Shown here piece after piece: positions 13,065 to 26,029 of a stretch of DNA of 54,678 nucleotides; position 1 is the stretch's first letter, and each line of letters begins with the position of its first letter. Source of the DNA: Octopus bimaculoides (Eukaryota); assembly GCF_001194135.2 (NCBI RefSeq), contig NC_068982.1, positions 160,332,709 through 160,387,386 on the forward strand, read 5' to 3'. Made by a program: the position numbers and the translations under genes. Under the pieces are notes generated by a model. The model searched no databases, was not told where the DNA came from, and was given only the letters and a program-made list of their open reading frames with translations.

Positions 13065-13957
13065 NNNNNNNNNNNNNNNNNNNNNNNNNNNNNNNNNNNN
13101 NNNNNNNNNNNNNNNNNNNNNNNNNNNNNNNNNNNNNNNNNNNNNNNNNNNNNNNNNNNNNNNNNNNNNNNNNNNNNNNNNNNNNNNNNNNNNNNNNNNN
13201 NNNNNNNNNNNNNNNNNNNNNNNNNNNNNNNNNNNNNNNNNNNNNNNNNNNNNNNNNNNNNNNNNNNNNNNNNNNNNNNNNNNNNNNNNNNNNNNNNNNN
13301 NNNNNNNNNNNNNNNNNNNNNNNNNNNNNNNNNNNNNNNNNNNNNNNNNNNNNNNNNNNNNNNNNNNNNNNNNNNNNNNNNNNNNNNNNNNNNNNNNNNN
13401 NNNNNNNNNNNNNNNNNNNNNNNNNNNNNNNNNNNNNNNNNNNNNNNNNNNNNNNNNNNNNNNNNNNNNNNNNNNNNNNNNNNNNNNNNNNNNNNNNNNN
13501 NNNNNNNNNNNNNNNNNNNNNNNNNNNNNNNNNNNNNNNNNNNNNNNNNNNNNNNNNNNNNNNNNNNNNNNNNNNNNNNNNNNNNNNNNNNNNNNNNNNN
13601 NNNNNNNNNNNNNNNNNNNNNNNNNNNNNNNNNNNNNNNNNNNNNNNNNNNNNNNNNNNNNNNNNNNNNNNNNNNNNNNNNNNNNNNNNNNNNNNNNNNN
13701 NNNNNNNNNNNNNNNNNNNNNNNNNNNNNNNNNNNNNNNNNNNNNNNNNNNNNNNNNNNNNNNNNNNNNNNNNNNNNNNNNNNNNNNNNNNNNNNNNNNN
13801 NNNNNNNNNNNNNNNNNNNNNNNNNNNNNNGAGAAATATAAGTAGCAAGAATACTGGAGATTCAGTAAACAACACGTGGTGAAATTATGAGTTGATAAAA
13901 TCTAAAGAAAAATGAACAAAAATGCCTTCGTTTCGCATAGTTTAATATTTTTTTAAT

Positions 13958-16312
13958 ATAAATATAAACATATTAAATGGGTGTTGTAAAATCCAACCGG
14001 TTTTTGCTATTTAAATTAGCTTTTCAAGGGGTATTGTGTAGTGATTAATTAGCATGATGAGGGGCTTTCGCCATCTTGGTTGTTTGAAAAATAAGAAAGG
14101 GTTTAGAGAGTGAACCAAGGGAGGTAATGTGTGTCAAGGGGGATAACTGATTAGTTAGTATTGTCTCTGGGGTTGTCATGTTTGAATATTGAGGTGTGGT
14201 TTATATTTTTGAATGAATAAGTTCTCTTTCTTTAGTCGTTCTTGCACTGAAATTGAATCTTTGCTCTGGTACACGGGGAAGATAAAGAACTTCGGCGTTT
14301 GATCACTTGCGCATCTGTCAAGATATTCGCTCAGTGCAATTTGCCTGTACTGGGGGAAGCGAATCTGTTCCTTATTCACCGTGACTCTGCGTCTCAAAGA
14401 AAGGCCACAACCTGAGCAGGTTAGGACATAGATAAGGTTATGGAAGGCACATGTGAAGCTAGTTTTGATAGAGAATTTTTGTCCTTGCTGGAATGTGAAT
14501 TGCGAGCCTTCACTAAGGTGTGGGCATGTACCACAATTGGGTCGTCTGCATTTCTTAACTGTTGGTGTTGTATGTATTGAGTAGAGTTTTGCATTTGTAA
14601 GGAGTCTCTTGAGTGATTTGTCTTGTCTTTTACATTTTAGTAATTTGTGTTTATTTAGGATGCTGTTCATTTTCGGGTCCTGAGTGAGTATAGGAAGATT
14701 TTGTATAATTGTGTTGTATGCTTCGTTGTTTCTAGGGTTGTGGGTTGATATGTATGGGAGTGATTTGAGGTGAGGCGTGGTGTTTTGTTTTGTTGTTCTT
14801 AGTGTGTTTCTGTCTAATTTCTTGGCGCGTTCAATTCCATGTTCTATAAGTGTAGCTGGATATTGACGTTCGATGAGTGTTGTTTTGAGTTCTTGCAATC
14901 GAAGTTCCCGAGTGGCTGTGTCAGATACAATCGTACAAATCCTTTTTGCTAGATTGAATGGAATATTTATTTTGGTGTGTTTAGGATGGCATGAACTGAA
15001 AAGGAGATACTGCTTAGAGTCTGTAGGCTTATAGTAAACGTCAGTTGCGATCTGTTTGTTGGACTTTTTTAAAATCAAAATGTCCAGAAAAGGGAGTTGT
15101 TCCTTGCTGTATTCCATGTTAAACTGGATGTTGGGATTAATACTGTTCAGTGTGGATTTGAAAGACAGCAGATTATCATAGGCTTCATTCCAGATGATAA
15201 AACAATCGTCTAAATATCTTTTCCAGTTTTTTATTATATTGGTGGAATGGTGGTCCAAATTTTTGGAGTTAGTGTTCATACAGGGAAGATTCAAAGTAAC
15301 CCATTATTAGGTTCGCTAGAACAGGCGCAGCTTTAGTACCCATTGCAATACCATATTTTTGGCGATAGTATGTTGTATCGAATATGAAGTAGTTGTTTTG
15401 AGGGATGAACTTCAGGGATTCAATGATAAATGTCTGGTTTATGCGGTCCGGTAGAGCTTCGGGGTGTTTTTCCAACCAGAATTTTATTGCCTCTATTCCA
15501 TAGTCGTGTGGAATGTAAGTGTAGAGGTTGATGACATCGAAGGAGACTAATAGAGCTTCTTCGTCGGTGGTTTTTGGTAGGTGCTCTAGTATGTCCAAAT
15601 CGTCTCTGATGAAACTTTTGACGTATTTGAGATAGGGCTTCAGTATTATGTCGAGAAAGTTGCTAAGGCGGTGTGTTTCACATGCTGGACCAGCAATAAT
15701 AGGCCTTAATGTTAAGTCTTCTGGTGTTGGAATATTTATGCACAGGCCTGGATTTTTTTTGCAGGCATTAGTAATTGTTTGACTCTTGTGAATTTTGGGG
15801 AGGCCATAGAAAAGGCTGGGTTTGCATCTAAAGTTGGTAATGTAGTCTTTTTCTTTTTCTGTTAGGCCTTTTCCGAGTTTGAGTATTAGAGTTTCAAGAT
15901 TTTTTAAGGTTTTTTGTTGCCTGTAATTTGCAACTTTTTCATAGAAGGAGTCATTTTCTAGTATGGACAGTGCTAGCTTTTTGTAGTACTCTGTGTCCAT
16001 CAATACTACAGCACTCCCTTTGTCTGCTACTTTGATTGTCAGGTCTTTGTCATTTTTTAGTTGTAGTAGTTGCTTCCTCAATATTCAAACATGACAACTC
16101 CAGAAACAATACTAAGTAATCAGTTATCCCCCTTGACACACATTACTTCCCTTGGTTCACTCTCTAAATCCTTTCTTATTCTTCAAACAACCAAGATGGC
16201 GAAAGCTCCTCATCATGCGAATTAATCACTACACAATACCCCTTGAAAAGCTAATTTAAATAGCGAAAACCGGTTGGATTTTACAACACCCATTTAATAT
16301 GTTTATATTTAT
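13958..16312 (-). mobile_element. Penelope-like element P2, 5'-truncated, bounded by a ~237-bp inverted duplication of its 3' end
   Basis: 16076-16312 is the reverse complement of 13958-14194 (9 mismatches counted by eye) and encloses the RT-EN coding region; the right arm ends at an N-gap. Confidence 0.95.
14176..16081 (-). pseudogene. PLE reverse transcriptase + Cys-rich linker + GIY-YIG endonuclease, disrupted
   Basis: Motifs IKVADKGSAVVLMD, FYGLPKIHK, LVSFDVINLYT, GIAMGTKAAPVLANL, WKRYLDDCF, FLDILI, YYKPTD..YL..SSCHP, KCRRPNCGTC, NLIYVLTCSGC; in-frame TAA at 15269-15271, frameshift near 15230-15238, second GIY-YIG motif missing. Confidence 0.93.
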
Positions 16313-16322
16313 NNNNNNNNNN

Positions 16323-16355
<33 letters not shown>

Positions 16356-17379
16356 CATATTATGCATATATGATGTGTGTGTGTGTGTATTATATATGTA
16401 TATCTCTATATACATATTTTTGTGTGTATGTGTTTATCTGTATATGATTTATATCACACATTTTGATCTATTTAAATGCCATGCAATAATGGTAATTTGA
16501 CCTTAATATTTACAATCTAATTAACAAAGTAATGTATAATAGAAAAAATTCTATTGGGTAGTCAAGCGCCATGATCACAAAATCCTAGAAATCATGATGT
16601 ACTAGATATATCAAAAGGGAATTTCTAAATGTTGAGTTTTCTATCAAAGCTGCCCTTAGTAAAGCAATCAATATAGTTAATTTTGCAAATCTCAGACATT
16701 CAATATTTGCTATATTTTTATACATGTCATGCCCCTGCATTAAGTTCAGCCTGATTCTCTCAGATAACGTATTTGTTCGTACGGTTAACTTGCGGATAAT
16801 AGCATTCCTCTAACTAACTGCGCTATGTCACTACTTTTGATATATATCTTTCATGTACATTTAAAAAATCGATTTTATATTTACATTGTTGCAATTTACA
16901 GTGTTCCTAATTCAATTGTTATGCATTTATCTACTTTAATAAGTAGTGTTGCGTCAGCTAGTTTAAAGAAAAATAGATAAGTTTTATATTATCATATAAA
17001 TTTACAGAAATGTAAGAGATTACAAGGAACAAAAGGTATGATGTTCAGGAGTGTGGTTTAGTGAAGTTTTGTTCATGAGAACAAATGTGACTGAGAATAT
17101 AATCATGTATGATGAATGTAAATGCATGCACGCGTAAGCAATGCAAAATGAACATCCCCTCGTACATGACTAGGAGGTTGATAAATTTGTAATTTTTGTT
17201 GATCTGTTCAAATAATATGACTAATTCCTAAGCATGTCGGAACCGACGTAGAGTAAGTATCAAAGATAATGTAATCGACAAAAAGAAATATAAATATTTA
17301 GAGTGAGTCAGTGAAATATACATAATTTATTGAAACTTGATATATGTAGTTGTGTGTTACCGCGAGGAACAAGATATTT

Positions 17380-17660
17380 TGTGGGAACGTCTTCCCAAAT
17401 TTTGGAGTGTTTCTTTTTAAACACGTTATGTTATTTCCACTGATAGAGGTTTCTGAGACATAGTCTTATAGGGATGTCTACGATGAAGCATAGGGAATTG
17501 TTGTCTGAGTGCAGCTTGATTGTTGTAAAGCTAAAGAAACATTTATGTTCAGAGGAGTATAATTGTTTAGGGTCACAATTTGTACCTGGTTATGAATGCA
17601 GGGGAGGAATTGTGTAAAATGTTTTTTTGAGGATTTCCTTAAGGTTCATGCAGCAGGATG
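17380..17660 (-). mobile_element. Possible highly degenerate PLE RT/thumb fragment
   Basis: Minus-strand peptide remnant LQQSSCTQTTIPYASS resembles the PLE YL.YSSCHP..TK.SIPYSQ motif; many disruptions. Confidence 0.25.
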
Positions 17661-18731
17661 TTTAAGGAAATATGCATGTAGAATTTTTAGCATAGAAACA
17701 ACCTCACAGATTGAATACTTTCTTTACAAACGTGTAATATAAATTACAAAATCTCTTATTTCTCTGAATTATACTAAAATTTCACTATGTAATTGCTCAA
17801 TCTGTTGAAAGTAGCAAGGAAATCACCCTCAAATAAGACAGTAGTTCAATATTTAAAATATTCAAAATGAAGGCCAGTTTTTACAGTATGGTCGTACATA
17901 CACTATTGTTGTATAAAGACTGAACAGTAATGCTTGAACACTTTTCGGAGTTCAACATTTCTGTGAGACACCTACCTATAATTATTAGAATGGAGCAAAT
18001 TTAAATAGTGGTGGTGCTTCATAACAGTTGCCATTAAACTAAAGCTGTGGTGATAAAAATGATAATACTCTAACTAGAAAGTAAAAGAGCTCTCTCTGTA
18101 TTAGGTATGTTGAGGCAAATATATGTAGAAGAGACATTATATTTGATCTGGAGACGTGATTGCATTAGGTAGAATTAAATGTCTTTTTTATGCTTTCTTT
18201 CAAAAGTTAGTATTTTGTGACATGCAAATATTCGCATCAAAATTGATGTAACTCAAACACTTCTTACACTATGAAGGTCAATTATTCTTTGATTTATATG
18301 CATTGGTTATGGCTTTACTGGATGTTGCTTAACATTTAGTTTAGAATTTGTTTTTACTATATCTGTGTGTGAGCAATACTATAAAGTATGGGAAAAAACA
18401 GAGTGCTAATATACCTCTTTCTGGTACGAAATGTGGTGAGAAGTGGAACAACATCGCTGCTCACTAATTTGCTTGAGTAATATGGTACAGTTGGATACCT
18501 AATATATCAAAAGCAAACTGGTATTTATAGGTGGCAATGTTGCAGCTGAGATATTTTTATTGATGCTATTTAGCAGGTCAGCTCTGATTTATTACCAGTA
18601 TAAATGTTTTAGTTATGGCAAATCCGTTGTTTTTACGTATTAATATCTATCGTTTTCATTATGCATTTTTATATATTTTTTGAAAAGAGCAGCATATAAT
18701 TTATGGTAAATTTTTCTGGTGTTTCTAACAG

Positions 18732-18841
18732 ATCTAGCTAGCGCAGAGAAGACAGATAATTATGAAACTATGAAGGCCAGACTGTTGAACCGCTGGAAAA
18801 TGTTTGTTTTATATCGTTCAAGTTTTCCGAATCTGCAGTAA
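18732..18841 (+). CDS. Candidate exon of unknown gene (LASAEKTDNYETMKARLLNRWKMFVLYRSSFPNLQ*)
   Basis: Acceptor tttttctggtgtttctaacag; 35 open codons to TAA, with a possible donor at 18838; no homology recognised. Confidence 0.2.
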
Positions 18842-19844
18842 ATTTTGAAATCATTTTAAAAAAGAATACTGTAAACATGTATATTTACAGAAATATGAGT
18901 AAAAGCTGAATTGCGGACGCGAGAAATATATAAAATGTGAATTCCCAGTCAGAGAAGTTTGAGGCACATTCGACGGATTTTTGTATCATAAATGTACCTA
19001 GCGCTCATTGAATTGACAAAGGGTAATCCAGGAAGAAAAAGTTAGGAGTTGTCTAATGATTAATGAAATCTTATCTCTTGTTCTGATAAATATTATGACA
19101 GACTAGGCATTTCTATTTTCTTACGAGTAGTTTATTTTAGACTATTCAGTTTTCCTTTCAAGCTGCCGTATATTTAAAGCATGTAATTAATATTATTTTT
19201 CAAAAGAAGCGTAGGTAGATTCAGAATTTGTATCAGTATGGACTATTCTAATTTTGCTTAACATTCAATTTTCTTACATGTTCTGTGAAAAACAACCTTT
19301 ATTCGGATATTTGATGTTTCACACTTATTACATAAAGTTTCCACAACCACTTTCTCCTTTATTTTAATACATATGACATTTTAAAAACTGAAATTTAGAA
19401 TTCATTCGTTCTCTTGTAATCTATGTTTCGGTTTTCTTTACTTTTATACAGCCTGCTCAGGTATTTTCCTCCCTGCTAACACTTATGATCTATTCACATT
19501 TTTGTCAAAGATCAGTAGATCATCGGAAAAAGTGCAAAATACTAACGCATTTTAAATTTCAAGTTTCGCGATTCCAATGTAACACGGAATCAATTTTAAA
19601 TCCATTAGATAAACGTTACTACAATAATATTACCAATTTATGCGAAATTGTTTTGCATCTAAAACAATTTACCACGTGATAACATAGGAAATCAAAATTA
19701 TACAAAATGTTCAAATATCAGCATAGGTTATCAGGGAAGATACTTCTCAACTTTCACCGTAACTTAGAGAGTAAATTCTGGTAAAGAGATGTTTTACATA
19801 AGTTTGTTGTGTTGATGCCATACATACGTACATATTCACGCTAT

Positions 19845-19986
<142 letters not shown>

Positions 19987-20149
19987 TTAGGGACTAAGGA
20001 AAAGGGAAGATAATCTTAAGAATCAAGTATTCTCCAAAATGACATGATAGAGACACAGATGTGAGCAGTGTATTAGTTGGTTCCTGTGAGGGAGGTGGTG
20101 TTGGTAATAAACGGACAGGTATGGAATCGGGGTCTAGAGCAAGAGAGGA

Positions 20150-20810
20150 CCCAATATAGGCGGGAGCGGGGGGGGTGGAGGATGGATGTTACGGACCAGT
20201 TAGTCGTGTAGTTTTCAGGCGCGTTTGAAGGGCTCGTGGTAGGAGCGAAATGGAGAGGTTGGAAGATCTGTAGAACTTTTTGACGAAGTGTAGGTTAGAG
20301 GGAAGTAATATGAGGAGAAAGGGTATGCGGTGTAGAGCCAAGTTGAGATGAGTAGAGAGCGTAGAGGTGCGGTCAATTTGGCAGGCATGAATTTAAGCGG
20401 AATCACAAAGATGGAGGAGTATCAACAAAGTGTGAAAAGACGTGACAATCATTAAAAACTGAGTTCGAAAAATCGTAGTTGAGGCTACTCAGACTTCGGA
20501 GACGACAGAACTGGGCGTAAAAGATGGCGTCTTTGGTTTACAAAGGGTGAGAAGAGGAAAACCGAGGTAGGGGTAGGTTTAAAGTAGGTGTAAGTGTTGA
20601 GAAAGTGGTCAAAAGGATCAGTAGAACGAGAGAGATGTCTAGAAAGTTGACAAAGATTTCGGAGATGACAGAAATAATCTCAAGAGACGGGTGAAAATTG
20701 GAAACGGAGATGAAACTACTTATTTGTGCATGGGAGAAGGAGGAAGTACCAACAGGACAAATATTGTCTTTATTTGGATGATATCTCTGAAATATCTTTA
20801 CGAAACGATT
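20150..20810 (-). mobile_element. Degenerate PLE RT-thumb fragment (third family)
   Basis: Minus-strand remnants FISVSNFHPSL..ISEIFVNFLDIS, FSSSHPL*TKDAIFYAQFCRLRSL, FKRA*KLHD*LVR match PLE consensus blocks. Confidence 0.75.
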
Positions 20811-21739
20811 CAAGCTTATGCTTTGATGATAATATAAGGATTAGGTGGAAATAAATCCGAAGTTTTCTTTCATAGTTACTAAAGAAATCACAATCCCAGC
20901 AATTATGATCTAATATTGTTTTCTCCATGTTTTATGAGAAAGGTAAATCTCAATTATTTGATTTCTAAACAGTTTGGTTTTATTTTTACCATCAAGGATT
21001 TCATGATCACTAGTTCAACAAGTATTGAGAACGTCACGGTTTTCTGAAACATTTCAACAGTTTACGTTGTATCTTCTGCAGCATAATTATTTCTCGTCAC
21101 ATAGTTAATGCCTCCTGCAAGAAGCATGGAAAATGCCCACTGCATTTCAAGCAGGTGACAAATAGAATGACATCAGTTCTATGAAATCATATACCCGTAA
21201 GCGAATAAAAAGCGGAATCTTATTGTATCACATATCATAACTCTCATTTACTTGAAGTGCTTCAGTTTCTTCTCGTTTAAAAGACTTTATATTTAAATGA
21301 CATCAGTCGGCAATTGACTGTTGTGTTTCTCAACACATAAAAACATTATAAAATATATTACTGCATTGTGAAAACGATAATGTTAGTGGATACAAGAAAG
21401 CAAAAAAAGAAAGAAAGAAACAACTTGAACATTTTACACATGTTATAGCTGTCTTGACATGAGATAAAAATTTATAAATTTCTGTTTCTGATTTATTTCT
21501 TGGCAACTGTGGTGTATCACTGAACTGGCTATAATTTGAATTAGAATTACAGAAAAATAAAATATTAAGTATTAAAAGCAGCTGTTTTTAGATGGTTTCC
21601 CCATTTTCTTCAGAAAGTAGAATTTTTTAAGGCAAGAAATAGAAACAAATGGTGTGTGTCATATGATATGTAAAACACTAATTTAGCCATATATAAACTT
21701 ACCGCTGTCGCTCGGAATTTATTGGATGTTCGTCATAAA

Positions 21740-21762
21740 TGCATACATACATCCACATATAC

Positions 21763-21818
<56 letters not shown>

Positions 21819-21890
21819 GTGTATATATATACATATATGTATAAATGTACATATATATATGTGTATGTATGTAAGTATGTATGTATATAA
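21740..21890. repeat. (TA)n/(TACA)n microsatellite
   Basis: Tandem TA and TACA/TATG runs. Confidence 0.95.
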
Positions 21891-22435
21891 ATGAAAGTAA
21901 AGAGAGAAGGTGAGAGGGAATGAGAGACGTCTATAAATCATGTATAATATATGTCAGTGTGTCTGTGCTTCTGTATGTCATTTATATGTGCGATTATGCG
22001 TGTTTCGTATTTTATATCATAATAAATAAAAAGAGTGCAGGAGACGAGATTAGGAAATTTGATTTTCCTTAAAGATACATACCTGTTTTCTGACAGTAAT
22101 GATACAATTACAAGTTAGCAACAAAAGCTGTATGAAAAAGAAAATATTTTATGTCTTAGACTATATCGAAGAATAAATTCCTGAATGAAATCGCATAAAT
22201 TACGATTAAATGTAGTTCAATATTTTTTTCAGGGTGATTTATTAATCAATGTCTCCCATCTGCCTACACTAATATCTCAATGGAATATACAATGAGAAAA
22301 AGGTAAAATATTTGATTTTATGATTTTATTATTTTTATCTGCATGTTATTATGAAAGTAACATTATAACAAAAACAACCGACAAAAACTGAAACAACAGC
22401 AACAAAAGCAACTATAATGGTGCTGCTACTGTTGT

Positions 22436-22436
<1 letters not shown>

Positions 22437-22470
<34 letters not shown>

Positions 22471-22510
22471 GTTATGATGGTGATGATGATGATGATGACG
22501 ATGATAATTA
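22437..22510. repeat. (GAT)n trinucleotide microsatellite
   Basis: More than 20 GAT-like units. Confidence 0.95.
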
Positions 22511-23112
22511 TTTCTCCAATAGGTATAAGGCATGATATTTTTGGTATGGAGGCTAGTCAATTACATCAACTCCTCTGCCTAACTGGTATTTATTCTATCT
22601 ATCCCGAAGAGACGAAATGCTACGGCCTCAGCGGAATTTGAATCAGAATATAGACAGCAGGAGGACATATTGCTAAATCCTAAATCTGAAATCCTTTCCG
22701 TGTAATGAATCCGGAAAGGAATATGCTCATTTAATGTTGTAATCAGAACACCTCAGGAGACCTCATAGACAAAAACTACAGCAGCAATAACAACAGCGAT
22801 AACAATATTAATTGTTGCACGTGGAAATTTTATTAGACACCGATCTACTGAAGACGAAAATCAAACAACATAAAGGGACTACAAAACTCGTTGGTTATAC
22901 CTTTGCTATAAATCTACATTCTGGAGAGTGTAATACAGCAAATTAAAAATTAAATGACATTAAATAAAAAATATTCCATCGTATAGTCAGGAACGGTGAC
23001 TGAAGTAAGATCACAAACGTCAAAGATTTCACACATCTTCCGATCCAGGGAATTGAACTCTCCAGATTGTAACAGCAAAACAACACTTGCTATCTGAATC
23101 TAGAATACTTAC

Positions 23113-23273
23113 CAAGTTGGAAGATTGTATTTGCCTTTTATCTAATATCCTTGAGAGTAGACCCTTTCTTGAAAAATTACCTTCAGCTTCTGCTGATACT
23201 TGTAGGTGTTGATATTGTTCTCTCTCAAAATTTTCTGAGATTGTCAGCAATACAACTTCTTTCTTCACAACAA
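23113..23273 (-). CDS. Candidate 161-nt internal exon of unknown gene (VVKKEVVLLTISENFEREQYQHLQVSAEAEGNFSRKGLLSRILDKRQIQSSNL)
   Basis: Minus-strand acceptor ctttcttctgcttag and donor gtaagt, open frame across the exon (phase 1 to 0); no identified homolog. Confidence 0.3.
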
Positions 23274-24885
23274 CTAAGCAGAAGAAAGTTATCTACACTA
23301 TTTCGTGAAAATAAGGCGGTATGTGAGCTATTATGGACTCAAACGACAGCCAGATCTACATCGCACAATCAACAGCTTTTCGACGTTGCATGGCAAAGCA
23401 GTAGTTTTCGGACAATGAGTGAATATTAGTTTCGTTATTTTCTTGCAAATCAGATACATGCAACAGACATCAATCCGTTGCTAGTAGAAATTATTGAGAA
23501 ACAGTAATTCGCCTTGAGATCGCCGTTAATCTGGAAATGTCTGGAGTTGCCTATACATTTAAGTCAAAATTTCTTCAGTATAAACTATTTGGCTGTTTTT
23601 CATTGGCATCTAGTGTCTCCGAATACGACGTAGATTATGATAACCTCAGGCTCTCTCTATGATGGTAGCGTGGATATTCCATCAACAAAATTGCCAACTG
23701 GGAGAACATTGCGTCTGACATTATCTCATATACCGAACAGAAATACAGCTTCGTAAAACAGACGATGTGTAGAAAGAATAGGACATAGATGAGGGCCATC
23801 TAAAATCTCTGTTTGTGTGGTAGACTGCGTGATTTCATGCATGTCATTGATCACAGCATGCCGAGCCCTTCATCTCTTTGTTATTTTGTAATAGATGTAG
23901 CTGTCGAGTATGGAGATGACACATTCCAAAAACCGCTATCGTGACAAGGAGTTAACAAACGAAATGTACAAAAATGTTACAAAGTTCCTAAATTACCTTT
24001 TGGGACAGTAAGAGAATTGTAAAAATAGAAATATACGACTCAACTATTGAAAAATCTAGAATAAAAAAAAACCAGCGAATCACAAACCGCAATATGTTCC
24101 AAAACTCAGAGGTTCCTAACGTCTCTGATGTTAGCGTGCGTAGAATTTACGATATTATCATTAAAATGCATAAGCTAACTCACTTCTATGAGACTAGCCA
24201 TGTTGTAAATTGATATGTAGTAGTAATAGTATATTGGTGATTTCAAACACCATCATTGAATACATTGAGAAGAAAAGGAAAATTAGTTTGACATATTTTC
24301 ACAACCGGAAACATTGACAGTGTCCAGAACCAGTGGATTCCATAAGTCAGTACTATTAGGACGGTTGCACCAATGGTAAAGATGAGCAGCAAACTAGCGT
24401 TTCGGTGTCAACTATATGCATTACAATAAAATATAGTATCCAGGAATGTGAAGTGAAGTATTCCGTTAAAACACACGTACATACGCACACAAACACTGAC
24501 ACACATACCAACACACACACACATACACACACACACACTCACGCATACACGCACACACATACACTCACACATTGTCTCTCTACTGCTAAAATATTTTAAG
24601 AAAGTGATTAATTGGATATAGCTTCTTTGTGATTATCATTAAAATTGTCTTACGTAGAGTTGATGAAGTCTACTGTAGATAAAAATCAAATAGAAATCCT
24701 CTTATGTAAAATACATTACGATAATTTATTCACACCGCTCTAGTGAAATTTAGCCACAGAATCCTGAACACAGTAAACTAATTAAAACACATGCCATGTT
24801 GTTCAAAGAAAAAAAAGTTGTATAAGAATTAAGCAAACCAGGCCCAAACACTCGGGATCAATGCATAAAGAGAGACAACTAAGAA

Positions 24886-25103
24886 GAGAATCTTTTCTAC
24901 TCTAGGCACAAGGCCCGAAATATTTGGGGAGGTGGCCAGTCGATTAGATCTATCCCAGTACGCAACTAGTACTTAATTTATCGACACCGAAAGCATGAAA
25001 GGCAAGATCGCCTTCGGCAGGATTTGAACTTAGAACATAAAGACAAACAAAATACCGCTAAGCATTTCGCCCGGCGTGCTAACGTTTCTGCCATCTTGCC
25101 GCC
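24886..25103 (-). mobile_element. SINE family B, near full-length copy
   Basis: Minus strand GGCGGCAAGATGGCAGAAACGTTAGCACGCCGGGCGAAATGCTTAGCGG head, AAGTTCAAATCC B-box, core, and GGGCCTTGTGCCTAGAGTAGAAAAGA tail. Confidence 0.85.
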
Positions 25104-26029
25104 TTCCATTAAGAAAAAGAATGCTTAAAAAAGAGAGATATAAATTCATAAATTAGCCCTAAAAGCCACAAGTAATACGACGGTTATGGGCATTCTTATT
25201 GTTTCAGTAATGATTCATAATTATATTATCATAAAATGGTGTATTACGAAGATTAGATAGTGAAATGAGAAAAACGAAAAAACAGTAAATGTTTTATATA
25301 CATTTATATACAACATAGAACGATTATATTTACTATTGGAAGAAATATTTTACATACAGAATCAGATAATAACGATGGGTAGCAAATGACAATAGACCGC
25401 AGTTATTTTCTTTCGACAATAATATAAAAGAGCAGATCAGCTAACGTAGGTTAGTATGGAAGAGAAAATCAAGAAAAAAGATTTATAAATTCTAAAGCCC
25501 AAACGAAGCATGATAATTAAGGGTAATTATGTTAATGTCTGTTAAAGAATACTGATCAACAACAGTAAAGACTGAGCTGAAATACTCCAACTGATGCATA
25601 ACATTTCTGTTTTACAGAAAATGCCAAAGTCTTTCCACCAGAACTGAAAATTACGTATAACAAAACAGTTAAAATATAATTGTAGAATGTTTGAAAAATA
25701 TGAAAGCAACCAAAGGAATTTTTTGCACTGCATTGGTAGTATAGGAGAAGTATATATAAAAGCACCGACAGGACACATGTGATAAAAACACACTCTGCAG
25801 AATATTGAGAAAACGTGTGTAGCCATGCTTTCATCAATTAATACAGATTTATAACTTAGATTACATTCTCATGGGGAAAATTGTTCCCTAATCGAAATAC
25901 CGATTCCACTGAGCTGCAATTATATTATCCATATAAATACATACATACATATGCATTAATGAAACATCATACGAAAGTGCTGTGAATAAAGATAGACTGT
26001 TCCAAAAGTACTACAACAGGTGGAAGAAA

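Noticed and set aside
23225-23273. Alternative minus frame CCEERSCIADNLRKF-TGA resembling an insulin A-chain with a stop (or Sec) at the last Cys
   Set aside because: CC-x4-C spacing is atypical, and no B-chain, signal peptide or SECIS is evident; likely coincidence.
23640-23810. Faint similarity to an RTE ORF2 C-terminus (NWENIASD)
   Set aside because: Too degenerate to support as a feature without a profile search.
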